From assembly GCA_951406725.2 (NCBI GenBank), contig OX597814.1:17856001-17920000 (forward strand): 64,000 bases of DNA. Reading direction: 5' to 3'. Shown here one piece after another: positions 27,521 through 40,871 of the stretch (its first letter is position 1; each line of letters starts with the position of its first letter). Source of the stretch: Octopus vulgaris. Taxonomy: Eukaryota. A program made the translations under genes and the position numbers. The notes beneath the pieces are model-generated. The model was not told the origin of the DNA. It saw nothing but the letters and a program-made list of their open reading frames with translations, and did no database searches.

Positions 27521-28733
27521 GATACTATTCATATTTATGAATGGACTAACACATTGGCATATTATGAATATATGTGTGTATATGTATTGGCACAACTATA
27601 CGTGATACATACTCATATGTATACGTCTATATATTTCCCTGTGTGTGTATATGTGCGTGTGTTGTGTTTATATTATGTGTGTGTGTGTGTGTGTGAATAT
27701 TTTGATAGTTTATATGTGTGAATGCATGTATGTCCATGCGCTGGTTGGTTTTGTATACAAAAATATATATCTATATTTACGCACGGTTGACCATGGTAAA
27801 GAGAAACAGACAACCAGCTGTTGTGTAAAGACTTATAAAGTTATATATGCTTTCTCTCTCTCTCTTTCTCATTTCACCTTTATTCACACACACTCGCACA
27901 CTCTGCTTTTGTCCTCCGTCACTTGTCATCCCTCCCCACCCCTGCTTTCCTCCATACTACCTCCTCTTTCTTCACGCCCCACCACATCATTCTGGTCATT
28001 TTTATTTATTTATTTATTTATTTTTGCATCAACAATAACCATAACTGACAAAAAAAGCATTTTATTTTGTCATTCACTGTTGTCGCGAAAGAAACCTTTC
28101 ACACCAACAAAACCATCAAAAAAACTAAAAACAACAACAACAAAAAAAATCCTACAGAAATATATAAAACAAACAAAGAACACTTGCTATGCTTTAGTTT
28201 GGTCTTCTAATATCTTTTTTTGTTTCTCTTTTTGTGTTTATTTCATATGATTCTTTTTTTTAGTCGTTTTTGTTATTGTGGTTTATCTGTTGTTTGATTT
28301 CATCTGTTGCGGAACTTCAAAGACACATCAGAGTTAGTTACCTATGTAAACAACCATGTAAAAGATTATATCAGATTTGTATCACATTTCTTGCTGTCTT
28401 TCCTTCTTTCTTCTTTGGTAATGAACTATTCAGTCAGCTTTTGAACTAACCTCACACACATACACACGCATGCGCGCGTTCACTAATAGGTGGCAGATTC
28501 GGTAAAGCGTCAGATCTTGAGCCATTTGCAAATGTCCCTTTAGGCTCATAGTTCAAATCTCGGCCAAGTTGACTTTGTTATTTTTCTTTATATCGTGGAC
28601 AAGTACTAAAGTACTGGAGTCGGTAAGATAATGATGGCAAAGACTTTGAAATGGTTTATGAGTGTGTTTTGCAAGATTCCTGTGTGAAATCATGTATTGC
28701 AACTAGCGCAATTTCTAAATCACTTATGTTAAA

Positions 28734-28839
<106 letters not shown>

Positions 28840-28864
28840 GTCTGTCTGTCAGTCCGTTTATCTG

Positions 28865-28930
<66 letters not shown>

Positions 28931-28948
28931 CCTATCTATATATATATG

Positions 28949-28982
<34 letters not shown>

Positions 28983-29502
28983 CGCGCATATATACACACG
29001 AAGACTTCAACAGCACTAGAACACACACACACACACACACAGGTATGCAATAAGATTTAGTAGCAGTGAACTCTCGACCACAATGTTGTGGCTTCGATTC
29101 CTAAATCAAGTGCCTTATTGTGTCCTTGGGCGAAGTTCTCCGTTTTACTTAGTAGAAAATGAATTGCATACGACACAGAGCAGCAACAGGAATACTATTG
29201 GCTCCAAATCTTAATGAATAAGCGTCGAAGGATTTTTGCTTCCCAATTACATGGTTTGTAGTTCAGTTCCATTGTGTGACATCTAGAGCAAGTGACTTCA
29301 AATATAATATCGTGGTTTTCGTTCCTAAATCAAATGCTGCATTGTGTTATTAAGTGAGGCACATGGTTTCACGAGACATCAGGGTCATTCAGGTGAAAAT
29401 ACGTTGCATACGTTACAACATGTTACTACTCTATGAAGACCAAATTTCGCAAATGAAGGATGCCAAAGGTCTTTCATGGTTGTTACATTCATGGAAAGTT
29501 TT

Positions 29503-29915
29503 AACTCTTTTATCTTTTATCTTTTACTCGTTTTCGTCATTTGACTGCGGCCAGGCTAGGGGCACCGCCTTGAAGGGTTTTAGTAAAAAACAATTCGACC
29601 CCAGGACCTTATTTTTTAAGCCTAGTACTTATTCTATCGGTTTCTTTTTTGTAAACCGTTAGGTTATGGGGGCGTGAACACCGGTTGTCAAGCGGTGGTG
29701 GGAGACAAACATCCCTACACACCCACACACACACACACCGACACCCACACACATATATATTCGACGGGCTTCTTTCAGTTTCCATTTACTAAATTCACTC
29801 ACAAGGTTTGGTCAGCCCGATGCTAAATCTGGAGAAACTTGCTCAAGGTACCATGCAGTCAGACTGAACCCGGAAGTATGTGGCTGGAAACCAAGCTTCT
29901 AACCACACAACCGCT
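29503..29915 (-). mobile_element. Diverged SINE family B
   Basis: gtcatttgactgcggcc...cgacgggcttctttcagtttcc...gactgaacccggaa...aaccacaca. Confidence 0.8.
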
Positions 29916-30152
29916 TGCAGAGTTTTAGCTAAGATAGTGCACGTCTGTTTTTGCAATCAGTTCCGGTTGTTTTCTGCTTCAAATTTCCTCTATGACAGTA
30001 GACTGTTGCAAGCGTGACAATCATGCTTAGAAACTATTGATGAATCGACTATCAATATCGGAGATGGGTGTTCAGCTTGTGGAGCAAACTGTACTACATG
30101 CTTGTTGAATGAAATTATATAGCGTTGTGTATTTATTTCAAAGACATACCCA

Positions 30153-30608
<456 letters not shown>

Positions 30609-31194
30609 GTGTATCTTTTGCATAGTTTTCAGGCTGAATGTGTCACAGAAAATGTAATGCAAAGTTGAGCCTGTTGAATTCCAAGCGTGACTTATATGAT
30701 GAGTGTTATTGAAGATCATTTTATTCTTTTTGCACAGTTTCTTTGTATTATCGAGATATGATGTAGTGTGGGGGTAACGGGAAATTTGGACGCTATTACT
30801 AGCCTTTCGCGGTTTTACGTAGATGCTTCCTCACTGCCGTGCACTGGAGGTGAACTGATTTAATAAACTAAAACATTTTCAATACATATTTGTAACTTTG
30901 TTACTACCGTGTGTGTGTGTGTGTGTGTGAGCGCGAGCGTGTTATTTGTTCAACGATTCATACACATACATTTTATATGGCATTGCACGCATAAGGCCTC
31001 ACATATATTCGGAGTTGGACGCAAGATTTAATCTTTAATGAAGGTTGGAAATAATTTTGATTTAATAATTAATCAATTATAAAAAATGATACTAATAAAC
31101 GATGAAATACATGAGGTATGTTTACCAATAACCCTATGTGTGCTTTCTGTGTGCGTGTGCGAATGTTTATGCGTTTGTATGCGCTTATATCATA

Positions 31195-31236
<42 letters not shown>

Positions 31237-32253
31237 TTGAAAGGCCGATCTTGGGTTTGTCGCACATTACTTAGTGTCTATGTATACATATACAGAATAA
31301 AAGCATACATAAAGAAGCATATACACATCTGGAAATCACTGTGTGTGTGTGTGTGTCTGTGTCTGTGTGTGTGTGTGTGTGTATGTGACTGTGTGAGTCT
31401 AGGCTTGAACGTGTATTCACGTGTTTATTATATCTTATTTCATACCTTTAAAACCCCCGTTTTAAGTCCGTGTTCCGACAGTATCTTGTTACCAGAGGTC
31501 TCTACAGCGACCATCACTCATATTGTCACGTATCTTTTCATGTTGGAAATTTCTAACGTACCCCCTCGGTGACAGCCCCCTCTCACAATCACTAGGTCTC
31601 AATCGCCGTAAATACTCTGGCTGACCTCTACCCTGACCCGACAGTCAGCACCAACATAAGAAAACTGTTACTATTACCGCCACCCGCGTGCATAAACACA
31701 CCTTGTTACCTTCAACACCATCTAACAACTCTATGTATAATTACTTAGCTCCAGGTACTTGTTAACGTTTCCAAATAAAATAAACAAAAGATCACAAAAA
31801 TAATAAAGGAATACAAGGCTATATGATCCAAGATATTGTTATATGTCTGTGTGCATGTGTGTGTGTAGTTATGTGTGTATACATCTATATATATATGTAT
31901 GCGGCTGCGGTCATATGAATTATTATACAAACGCAACGAACAAAGCAAAATAGAAAAGAGAAAAGAACGCCTGGGTGATGAGATCACAGTTATAATTATT
32001 AAAGTCAGATTCAAAGAAATGAGTATAGTTAAGGACTATGACGTTTCGGACTTTCTCCTTTGTCACTTAGAGTTTAGTGTTCGAAGAGAGAAGAGGCCAG
32101 TTGCAGAATGGGGAGGAAGAAATAAAATTAGAATGCGACAGGCAAAAAATTTTCGTGAACATTGTGTATATGCTGTCTGTAATATAAGTATAAGTACATC
32201 TCTCTCTCTCCCTCTCTCTCTATATATCAATATATATATATATATATATATAT

Positions 32254-32657
32254 ACTCTTTTACTCTTTTACTTGTTTCAGTCATTTGACTGCGGCCATGC
32301 TGGAGCACCGCCTTTAATCGAGCAACTCGACCCCGGGACTTATTCTTTTGTAAGCCCAGTACTTATTTTATCGGTCTCTTTTACCGAACCGCTAAGTAAC
32401 GGGGACATAAACACACCAGCATCGGTTGTCAAGCAATGCTAGTGGGACAAATACAGACACACAAACACACACACGCACATATATATACATATATACGACG
32501 GGCTTCTTTCAGTTTCCGTCTACCAAATCTACTCACAAGGCATTGGTCGGCCCGAGGCAATAGTAGAGGACACTTGCCCAAGGTGCCACGCAGTGGGACT
32601 GAACCCGGAATCATGTGGTTGGTAAACAAGCTACTTACCACACAGCCACTCCTGAGC

Positions 32658-32660
<3 letters not shown>
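32254..32660 (-). mobile_element. Full-length SINE family B within (TA)n
   Basis: Matches the family throughout; (TA)n on both sides. Confidence 0.92.
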
Positions 32661-32705
<45 letters not shown>

Positions 32706-33128
32706 TATATATCTATTCGTGTCCAGATATTGAGTTCTTTATTCCATTTTTCCTAATTCCACGCTGAATATGTGCGTAAATAAATGTACGTGCAATAGTG
32801 TTTTCGTTTGTGTTTCTGGATGTGCGTATGTGTGTTACAATATAACGCTCGTTAAACATTTTGCGAGTATATGGAGACCTGTAAAATATAGACATAAAAT
32901 CATAAATTAACATTGAAATAAATAAACAAATATATGTATAAAACTAAGATAATTTTTAATATGTAAATCGAATGTCTGTAAGTCTTAATATCAGCCTATC
33001 TGTATATATTTATGGTTACAGTTCGCGCTTGTGTTTCAGCGTGGATGCATATCTCAGTTATCTTGTTTATGTTCTGTGTATGCATATATACATACGCACG
33101 TGTGTGCGTTTGTGCATATATATTTATA

Positions 33129-33161
<33 letters not shown>

Positions 33162-33186
33162 TTATACATATATATATATACACACA

Positions 33187-33232
<46 letters not shown>

Positions 33233-33434
33233 GTATATATGTATCTATGTATACACCCACAAGTGTACACACGTATACATATGTATGTATGTATATACAT
33301 AAGTGTTTCTATAAGCACGTGTGTATGTTAGTATAACATTTCATATTACAATATGTGTAGCATTTTGTTTATTTACATTTAGATGCACGCACATATACAC
33401 GTGTGGCTGTTATAATACATACATACATACATAC

Positions 33435-33537
<103 letters not shown>

Positions 33538-33663
33538 TGTATGTATATATGTATATGTAAACATTTCAAGAACGCTGTAATATACATACTCCAACACCAC
33601 CCATATACATTGTATATATATTGTATATATATATATATATGTGTGTGTGTATATATGTATATG

Positions 33664-33699
<36 letters not shown>

Positions 33700-33797
33700 C
33701 ATATAAACATGAATATATATATATATATATGTATACATCCACACAGATAAACATACACATGCTTAAATGTATATGTACATATATGCGTGTGTGTATG

Positions 33798-33913
<116 letters not shown>

Positions 33914-35134
33914 TACACACACACACAAACACTTACATAAATACATATACACACGTACCCGCATTTATGCTTATATATATAGATAGTTGAAATAACGTGG
34001 CGCACATATCTTTATGTGTGTGTTTGCGTACTTTTGAGATTCTTTAACAACACTCACTGCCCCTATCTCTATTTCTAAGTATAGATGTATGCTCCGCTAC
34101 GTGATCGGCTGTGCGCACATTTCGAGCTTCGCTTTTGCGCGCGATTTCCTACGCGATTTCTCTTTATGGGTGTGTGTATGTTGTGTCTGTGTGATGGTTA
34201 GCATGGGTATAATTGTATGTATCTGTGTTTATCACAACGAACGTATAAGCATAGGTGATACCACGCAATATAATCTGCTTGGATGTGTCCCAGTTTTCCA
34301 ATAAATCATACAGATACGGCTATAACAATGTTAGTACTCTCTGGCGTGTTCTAAATTTAAAAAAAAAAAGGAACCCACACATGTATACGTATATATACAT
34401 AACATACATACATACATATATGTACACACACACTGACACACACACATATATAGATATACATACATACGTACATATATATATATATATATATATACATACA
34501 TATATATATACATATATATATATAGGTATATATGATACATGCATACATACATATATATATATATGTGTGTGTACATATATATATATACATATATATATGT
34601 ATATACATACATATATATATATATACACACACACATATATATAGGTATATATTATACATACATATGCGTGTGTGTGTGTGTGTGTATATATGTACGGATA
34701 TATACATAATACATATATTGTTATGTATATATTGTTGTTTGTATATGTGTGTGTGTGTATGTATAATACATGCCTGTTTATACATGTATATTAACAATGT
34801 GTGAGTGATTGTGAGTGTATTTGTGTGTGTGTGGGGGGGTGCGTTTGTTTGCGTGTGTGTGTGTGTGTATGTGTGTGTGTTTGTGTGTGCAACACAAAAT
34901 AAATAAATAAGGTAATATATAAATGAATAAACAAATTTGCCGAAGATGGCTAGAATCAAGCTAGCTCAAGAGCTTAAATTTCATACAAGATATCCTATGG
35001 GCACATAAATAGTAGCTGTCGAATTATCTGTCTAGATGATATCCACACTTTAAATGATCTGTGGCGGTGCTTTCTTTCACAATGATGATATCACATCGAC
35101 AGTATGCATATGTATAACAAATATGAATACACCA

Positions 35135-35179
<45 letters not shown>

Positions 35180-35181
35180 TG

Positions 35182-35216
<35 letters not shown>

Positions 35217-35416
35217 GAGTATGTGTGTGTATGTGTGTGTGCAATATTATGCTTATATTTTTTATCTATACATAAACACATATAATACACACATTACGCG
35301 CATACATTTACATGCATCTGTGTATATGTTTGCTATGTACGTACACACACACACACATATAAGCATATACATGCACATACACACATAAATGTATGTATAT
35401 ATATATATACATACAT

Positions 35417-35459
<43 letters not shown>

Positions 35460-35578
35460 CACACATTCACAGATATTTATTTACATCTGTGTGTATACAC
35501 ATACATATTTATATACACTCACATTTGTATACACACATGTAAACACACAGACACACACATATATGTATGCACACATGT

Positions 35579-35611
<33 letters not shown>

Positions 35612-35744
35612 AATGTATGCATATATATATACACACACATACAAATATATGTATATGTACACACACATATATACATATGTATTTGCACCCACACACCCGC
35701 ACCCATACACATATACGTATGTATATACATATACACATTACATG

Positions 35745-35791
<47 letters not shown>

Positions 35792-36113
35792 GTGTCTGTA
35801 TTTGCGTGTGAATGGTATGTGTGACTTGTATGAATGCATACTGGTCGGCGCTGCGTGAATTCGCTATATAAACTGTGAAGAGGCGGGTGTCAAAATTCAG
35901 TCGAGTAACACCACCCACTTGCCACCGTGCCGCTGTTCCACCATCACTCATCCACCCCCCCGCTTCTTATCATACATCTTCTCATCGATTTCCCATCAAC
36001 ACCTAAAGCACACATGTTGATGTCATTCGTAGAAGTGTACACACATGTTTGTGTGCGCGCGTATTGGTTACCTTGTGTTGTGTGTCTGCATGTGGTGTGT
36101 ACGTGCGGCGTAT

Positions 36114-36314
36114 TACTCTTTTACTCTTTACTCTTTTTACTTGTTTCAGTCATTTGACTGCGGCCATGCTGGAGCACCGCCTTTAGTCTAGCAAATCGAC
36201 CCCAGGACTTATTCTATCGGTCGCTTTTGCCGAACCGCTAAGTTACGCGGACGTATACACACAAGCATCGTTTGTCAAGCGATGTTGGGGGGACAAACAC
36301 AGACACACAAACAT

Positions 36315-36385
<71 letters not shown>

Positions 36386-36393
36386 TACATATA
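36114..36393 (-). mobile_element. SINE family B 3' half
   Basis: (CTCTTTTA)3 tail followed by cttgtttcagtcatttgactgcggccatgctggagc. Confidence 0.88.
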
Positions 36394-37398
36394 TGTGTGT
36401 CTGTCTTCTACGATTTAGATTCCTAACTGCTCCCACATTTTGCGGTGCAGTTTAACCAAAAGCGGGTATCTTATAGTCGTGATTCATACCACACACTGTT
36501 CACCCTTAATTCACGTACAAAACATTAACACAAACACTTCATAACATTTCAATGGCTCAGTGGATCGCTCACTACCGTAGGATTTATTTTCACCTGTTGT
36601 GGTGTTGCTGGTTTTGTTCCAATCCAACCTTTAGGGTGCAAATTTAAAGGAATTTCAGAAATAAGAATTACAATTTTTATGTAGTATATATCAGACTACA
36701 TTGTCTAAGGCACACAAGTAACCAGGAACTCGCTGCATATCCGATTGTGCACCCGTGCATCAGTTTCAGGCAATTGTATCTGTTTTTAATAATTGTTGTA
36801 ATGGCATAAGGCCTTAAATTAGAGGGACGGGTGAGTTAATTACTGAGGGGGTTAGTTTATATCCATGATTTCACTATTTGGCCGCTTCTTCATTTTTTTT
36901 TTTTACCCCAGTGGGATGAAAGTAAAGTTGACGTAAAGTATCGAAAGAAATGCCGCTAAACTTTATTTGCTTTCTTTATTTATTTATGTATTTATTTATT
37001 TATTTTGAGGATTTAATGAGTCTACTAACTCACCGCCTTGCCAATATAGTTAATTGTTCGGCATTTAATTTTAATTTTGCATTTTTCGCTCCATAATCAC
37101 GTTTGCTCAGTATTCCTTATATCGTATTAAGGGAAGCAAACTTCATAATCAGTAAGCAAAGAGAGTTACTTCCCTTATATAATAGCAAAAAAATGCATTA
37201 AAAATGGAAAAAAATGATGGTAATTTTTTTAAAAATCGTAGACTCATCGTAGACGCACGCTAATACCTTGAAGGGCTCGATATGAATCACGACTATAAGA
37301 TACCCGCTTTTGGTTAAACTGCACCGCAAAATGTGGGAGTAGTTAGGAATCTAAATCGTAGGAAACAGACACACAACTTCTCTTTTATATATAAAGAT
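36394..37398. repeat. 95-bp inverted repeat (36394-36488 / 37281-37375) made of two Helitron-like 5' fragments
   Basis: Arms are reverse complements at 92 of 95 positions by manual comparison. The right copy continues to a minus-strand A|TCTTTATATATAAAAG start, like the 3106 element. Confidence 0.88.
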
Positions 37399-38408
37399 AT
37401 ATATATATATGAATCGAGACAACGATGAATTCACTCGTGGGGTCATTCAATTGCCTAGAAATAGCATCAGCCAAATATCTACCATATACCTCTATCACTT
37501 AAAAAAAAAGAAAAATTAAGGACTCTTTGGATGATATCGTCCGTCGTGATCTACGTAAAAAAAAAAAGTGCGGACACGGTTAGAAAACATTTCATCATGT
37601 CTTCTCCATAACGTTATTAGCAATTTTCTTGATTGAGGAATCTCTAAGAAATGCTAAATTTTTGTAGCGCTTTTATGGACCCACTTCTGTAATCTTCATC
37701 TCAGAAGGAGGTGATTGTAAAATGAATGGTAAACAATAGGAACATATTCTTAGATGGAATTCAATGTTGTATTGTTATGTTCGAAACCTTCCGTTTTAAA
37801 CTTTGCCTCTTGTCAGTGTCAATGACATAAATACCAGTATTGCTAGAAATAACTGCTAAAATCCCTTAAATCTCTTTTATTATTCTAAAAGTTGTATATA
37901 TTGGAAATCTTTAATCAAAAGGTCAGCTTGGTTCAGATTGACCTGGGTCTAAACAACAACTGGTAAAAAAAAAAGAAGGATTATTCTTTACCAAAGGGTC
38001 TTTTGCACTCTCAAAATCGTCGGCTTGCCCCTATTCACACTTCTGGCCTGCCTGGCAGGGACACGAAATGAGTTGCTTTGTGTATGCCTTTTTTTTTCAG
38101 CAGTCAGAAAAATCTGACCTACCTATATAATTATTCACTGTGGATCAATAAAGAGATAATAGAATCTCTTACACGAATCATTTGTAATTATTGATTAAGC
38201 ATTTCATTTGTATTTATTGATTCAGCATTTCATTGCCTTTGAAAATCCTTAATTGTGATTCGTCTATTCTGTTTACCAAATTAACATATTAAAATGACAT
38301 TTTTTTTTCCGTTTTCAGTTAACCTAAATTTTCCTTAAAACAATCATAACTTATATTTTATTTTCTTTCTCCCCCTTTTCTTTTTTTTTTTTTTTTACTT
38401 ACATGTAG

Positions 38409-38432
38409 CGTACCAGGCCAGTAGTTACGCAG
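38409..38432 (+). CDS. Lhx1/5: Candidate 24-nt phase 1-1 microexon of Lhx1/5, encoding x-YQASSYA-G
   Basis: T-rich tract with no AG between 38319 and the acceptor, acceptor TAG 38406-38408, exon CGTACCAGGCCAGTAGTTACGCAG, consensus donor CAG|GTAAGT at 38433. Read in phase 1 it is stop-free and joins the next exon in frame (G+GT = Gly, then SDIDDD). Confidence 0.65.
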
Positions 38433-38698
38433 GTAAGTCTGGCGCGTGTTCCTTTTCTACTTAACGTATACCTTTTCATCATTTTTTCCCCTGCTGTTGA
38501 AAACAATCGTTACCGGGTGAATCTTGTCTGGTGTATTAAAAGACTCGGTCCTTAAACTATCTGATATTGATGTTTCATATTTGGTTCTTGAAGATTTATT
38601 AATATTTTCACTGAATCGTTGTAACCGAGAGGGCACTAGATGGCCAGCCTTAAACAAGTCAGTAGATGGAACTTTGTTATCAGTGTTTCACCTTTGTA

Positions 38699-39046
38699 AA
38701 AGTAAAAGTAAAGACCCCCTTCGGTCATGAATGACCATGGGATTGCACCTAGAAAGTTACCCTCCTAGACACAAGTCCGGGCACGGTTGTTTATGGAAGG
38801 CCAGCAGTCGCCCATGCATACCAGCCTCCCCTCTCCACGCCACCAGTGTTATCCAAGGGAAAGACAACAGTCGATACAGCTTGGCACCAGTGACGTCGCA
38901 ACTCATTTCTACAGCTGAGTGAACTGGAGCAACGTGAAATAAAGTGCCTTGCTCAAGAACACAACACCCAGCCCGGTCCGGGATTCGAGCTCACAACCTC
39001 ACGATCGTAAGCTCGACGCTCTAACCACTGAGCCATGCGCCTTCAC
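38699..39046 (-). mobile_element. tRNA-derived SINE family D with (TTTTAC)n tail and about 12-bp flanking duplication
   Basis: Minus strand GAAGGCGCATGGCTCAGTGGTTAGAGCG...GAGCTCGAATCCC...CTTGAGCAAGGCACTT; TTCACCTTTGTA at 38687-38698 and 39042-39053 (overlapping the head). Confidence 0.88.
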
Positions 39047-39332
39047 CTTTGTAGACTACATTATATACAGCACTGAATTCACTCAAATTTGGAACTAATT
39101 TATTTTAAGTGTAAATAGGTAGAATAAATAAAAAGCAAAATAAAAATCAGGGTAGTCAACAGGAGAAAGAATTTGCAATGATAAGAATATAATTCATATC
39201 AAGAGTAAGGATAGGTGAATAAAAGGGCTTTATCAGTCTGATTCCAACAAGGTGTTACGAGGATTTTACCTGAAGTTTTGGATAAACTACCCAACTGGTA
39301 ACGGGTCACGCTAGATATATAAATACTCAATA

Positions 39333-39715
39333 CAGTACAGTGGTTAGTCGACCATTGTACTTGCTGTGATGTACAGAGCGTATATAGTGGAAAATTAAGA
39401 TAAACACCAATATAAATATTGAGTTCTTACATATATTTCCCCACTCCAGTTATTTGGAACTCGGTATTGGATGTTCCAAGTGTATTTGGATGACTATGCA
39501 CAATCAACAGAATGCAATGAATCCATAGCGGTTAGAGGTTTTTAAAATGCACTCGGAAAAATCCACTGCTGAGTTCCAAATAACAACAATGGTGAAACAT
39601 ACGTAGGAAGTAAATATTTATGCTGGTGTTTATCTTAATTTTCCATATACATAGGCTCTGTATATCACAGCTAATAACACTACTGAATACAGTGGTCGAA
39701 TTAACTATTGTACTG
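39333..39715. mobile_element. Fold-back / MITE-like element with imperfect inverted arms of about 155-170 bp
   Basis: Termini TA|CAGTACA ... TGTACTG. Exact inverted blocks include tggaaaattaagataaacacca / tggtgtttatcttaattttcca and gttatttggaactc / gagttccaaataac; spacer about 60 nt. Confidence 0.8.
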
Positions 39716-39794
39716 GAAGCTGACAGGATGACGATAGTCTACACAGAGTTCTAAACGTTTACAGTAGCAGTCATTCATCTAAGTGTACACACAA

Positions 39795-39885
<91 letters not shown>

Positions 39886-40287
39886 CGTGTGTTCTTTTCA
39901 ATCATATTTTTAATAAGAAATTGAGGTACGTTGTCCACGAATTGTTTAGTTTAACTTTCTTCAAAATGATGGATTCAGCATAGACTATTTATTTCCCTCA
40001 TACATATCTTTTAATCCAATATTTCCTCGCTATTATTTATAGATTTATCTACTTCGAGTTCAGCCGTTAAAAACGAGTTATATTTATTTTTCTCAACTGG
40101 TTAATCAGTATGTTTCCCTTCAAATTCTCTCTTATTTTCATTCACTCTCTCTCTCTCTCTCTCTTTACCTCACTATTAAATTTTCCAAGAGTCTCGTTTT
40201 CCTTCACTTTGTTTTTTTTTATATTTATTTGTTGTTATTGTTGCTTTGTTTACATACCTATTTTTTTTTCTGTCTGTCTCTCGCTAG

Positions 40288-40871
40288 GTTCAGATATTGA
40301 TGATGACGTCGATCTGGATAGCAGTTTAGACAACACAGGCAACGTATCAGACAGAGATTTCAGCATGGATGGAGACAACAGTCGGGATAGTAAAGAAAAT
40401 GTCGGTCCGCCTTGCCTAGGTAATAACAGTATTATGAACAATACCTGCAACACTAACAGCAATTCGTCGATGGCGCCCAATTCCGTTTCGTCCAACATTG
40501 GCAGCCCAGACGATGTGAAAGACGATACAATTATTAACTTTTCAAACAGTGTTGATAGTCTTTCAAATTCGGGGACATTACCCATAAACAAAAATAACAA
40601 CAGCAATGCTAATGGGACCACGAACATTATTACTAATAACATCACGAACAAAAACAATAACACAGTCAAGGACAACAGCAAAGACTCTACGAACATTTCA
40701 GCAGATCACTCCGAAAGCAACATGGGTGCTAAACGACGGGGACCACGTACGACCATCAAAGCGAAACAATTAGAAACACTAAAAGCGGCTTTCGCTGCCA
40801 CCCCTAAGCCAACACGGCATATAAGGGAACAACTGGCACAAGAAACGGGGTTGAACATGCGTGTTATTCAG
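40288..40871 (+). CDS. Lhx1/5: Internal coding exon of a LIM-homeobox gene of the Lhx1/5 (Lim1) family: acidic/Asn-rich linker plus homeodomain residues 1-46
   Basis: Translation ends [49 protein letters not shown], the Lhx1/5 homeodomain as I recall it. Polypyrimidine tract and acceptor ...tctcgctag (AG 40286-40287, phase 1). Donor CAG|GTGAGG at 40872, the usual LIM-HD intron position just before VWFQN. 584 nt, no stops. Confidence 0.95.

Noticed and set aside
28261-28400. Possible enhancer with TTCAAAG (TCF-like) and GTAAACA (Fox-like) motifs
   Set aside because: Short motifs are expected by chance in AT-rich DNA and cannot be supported without conservation data.
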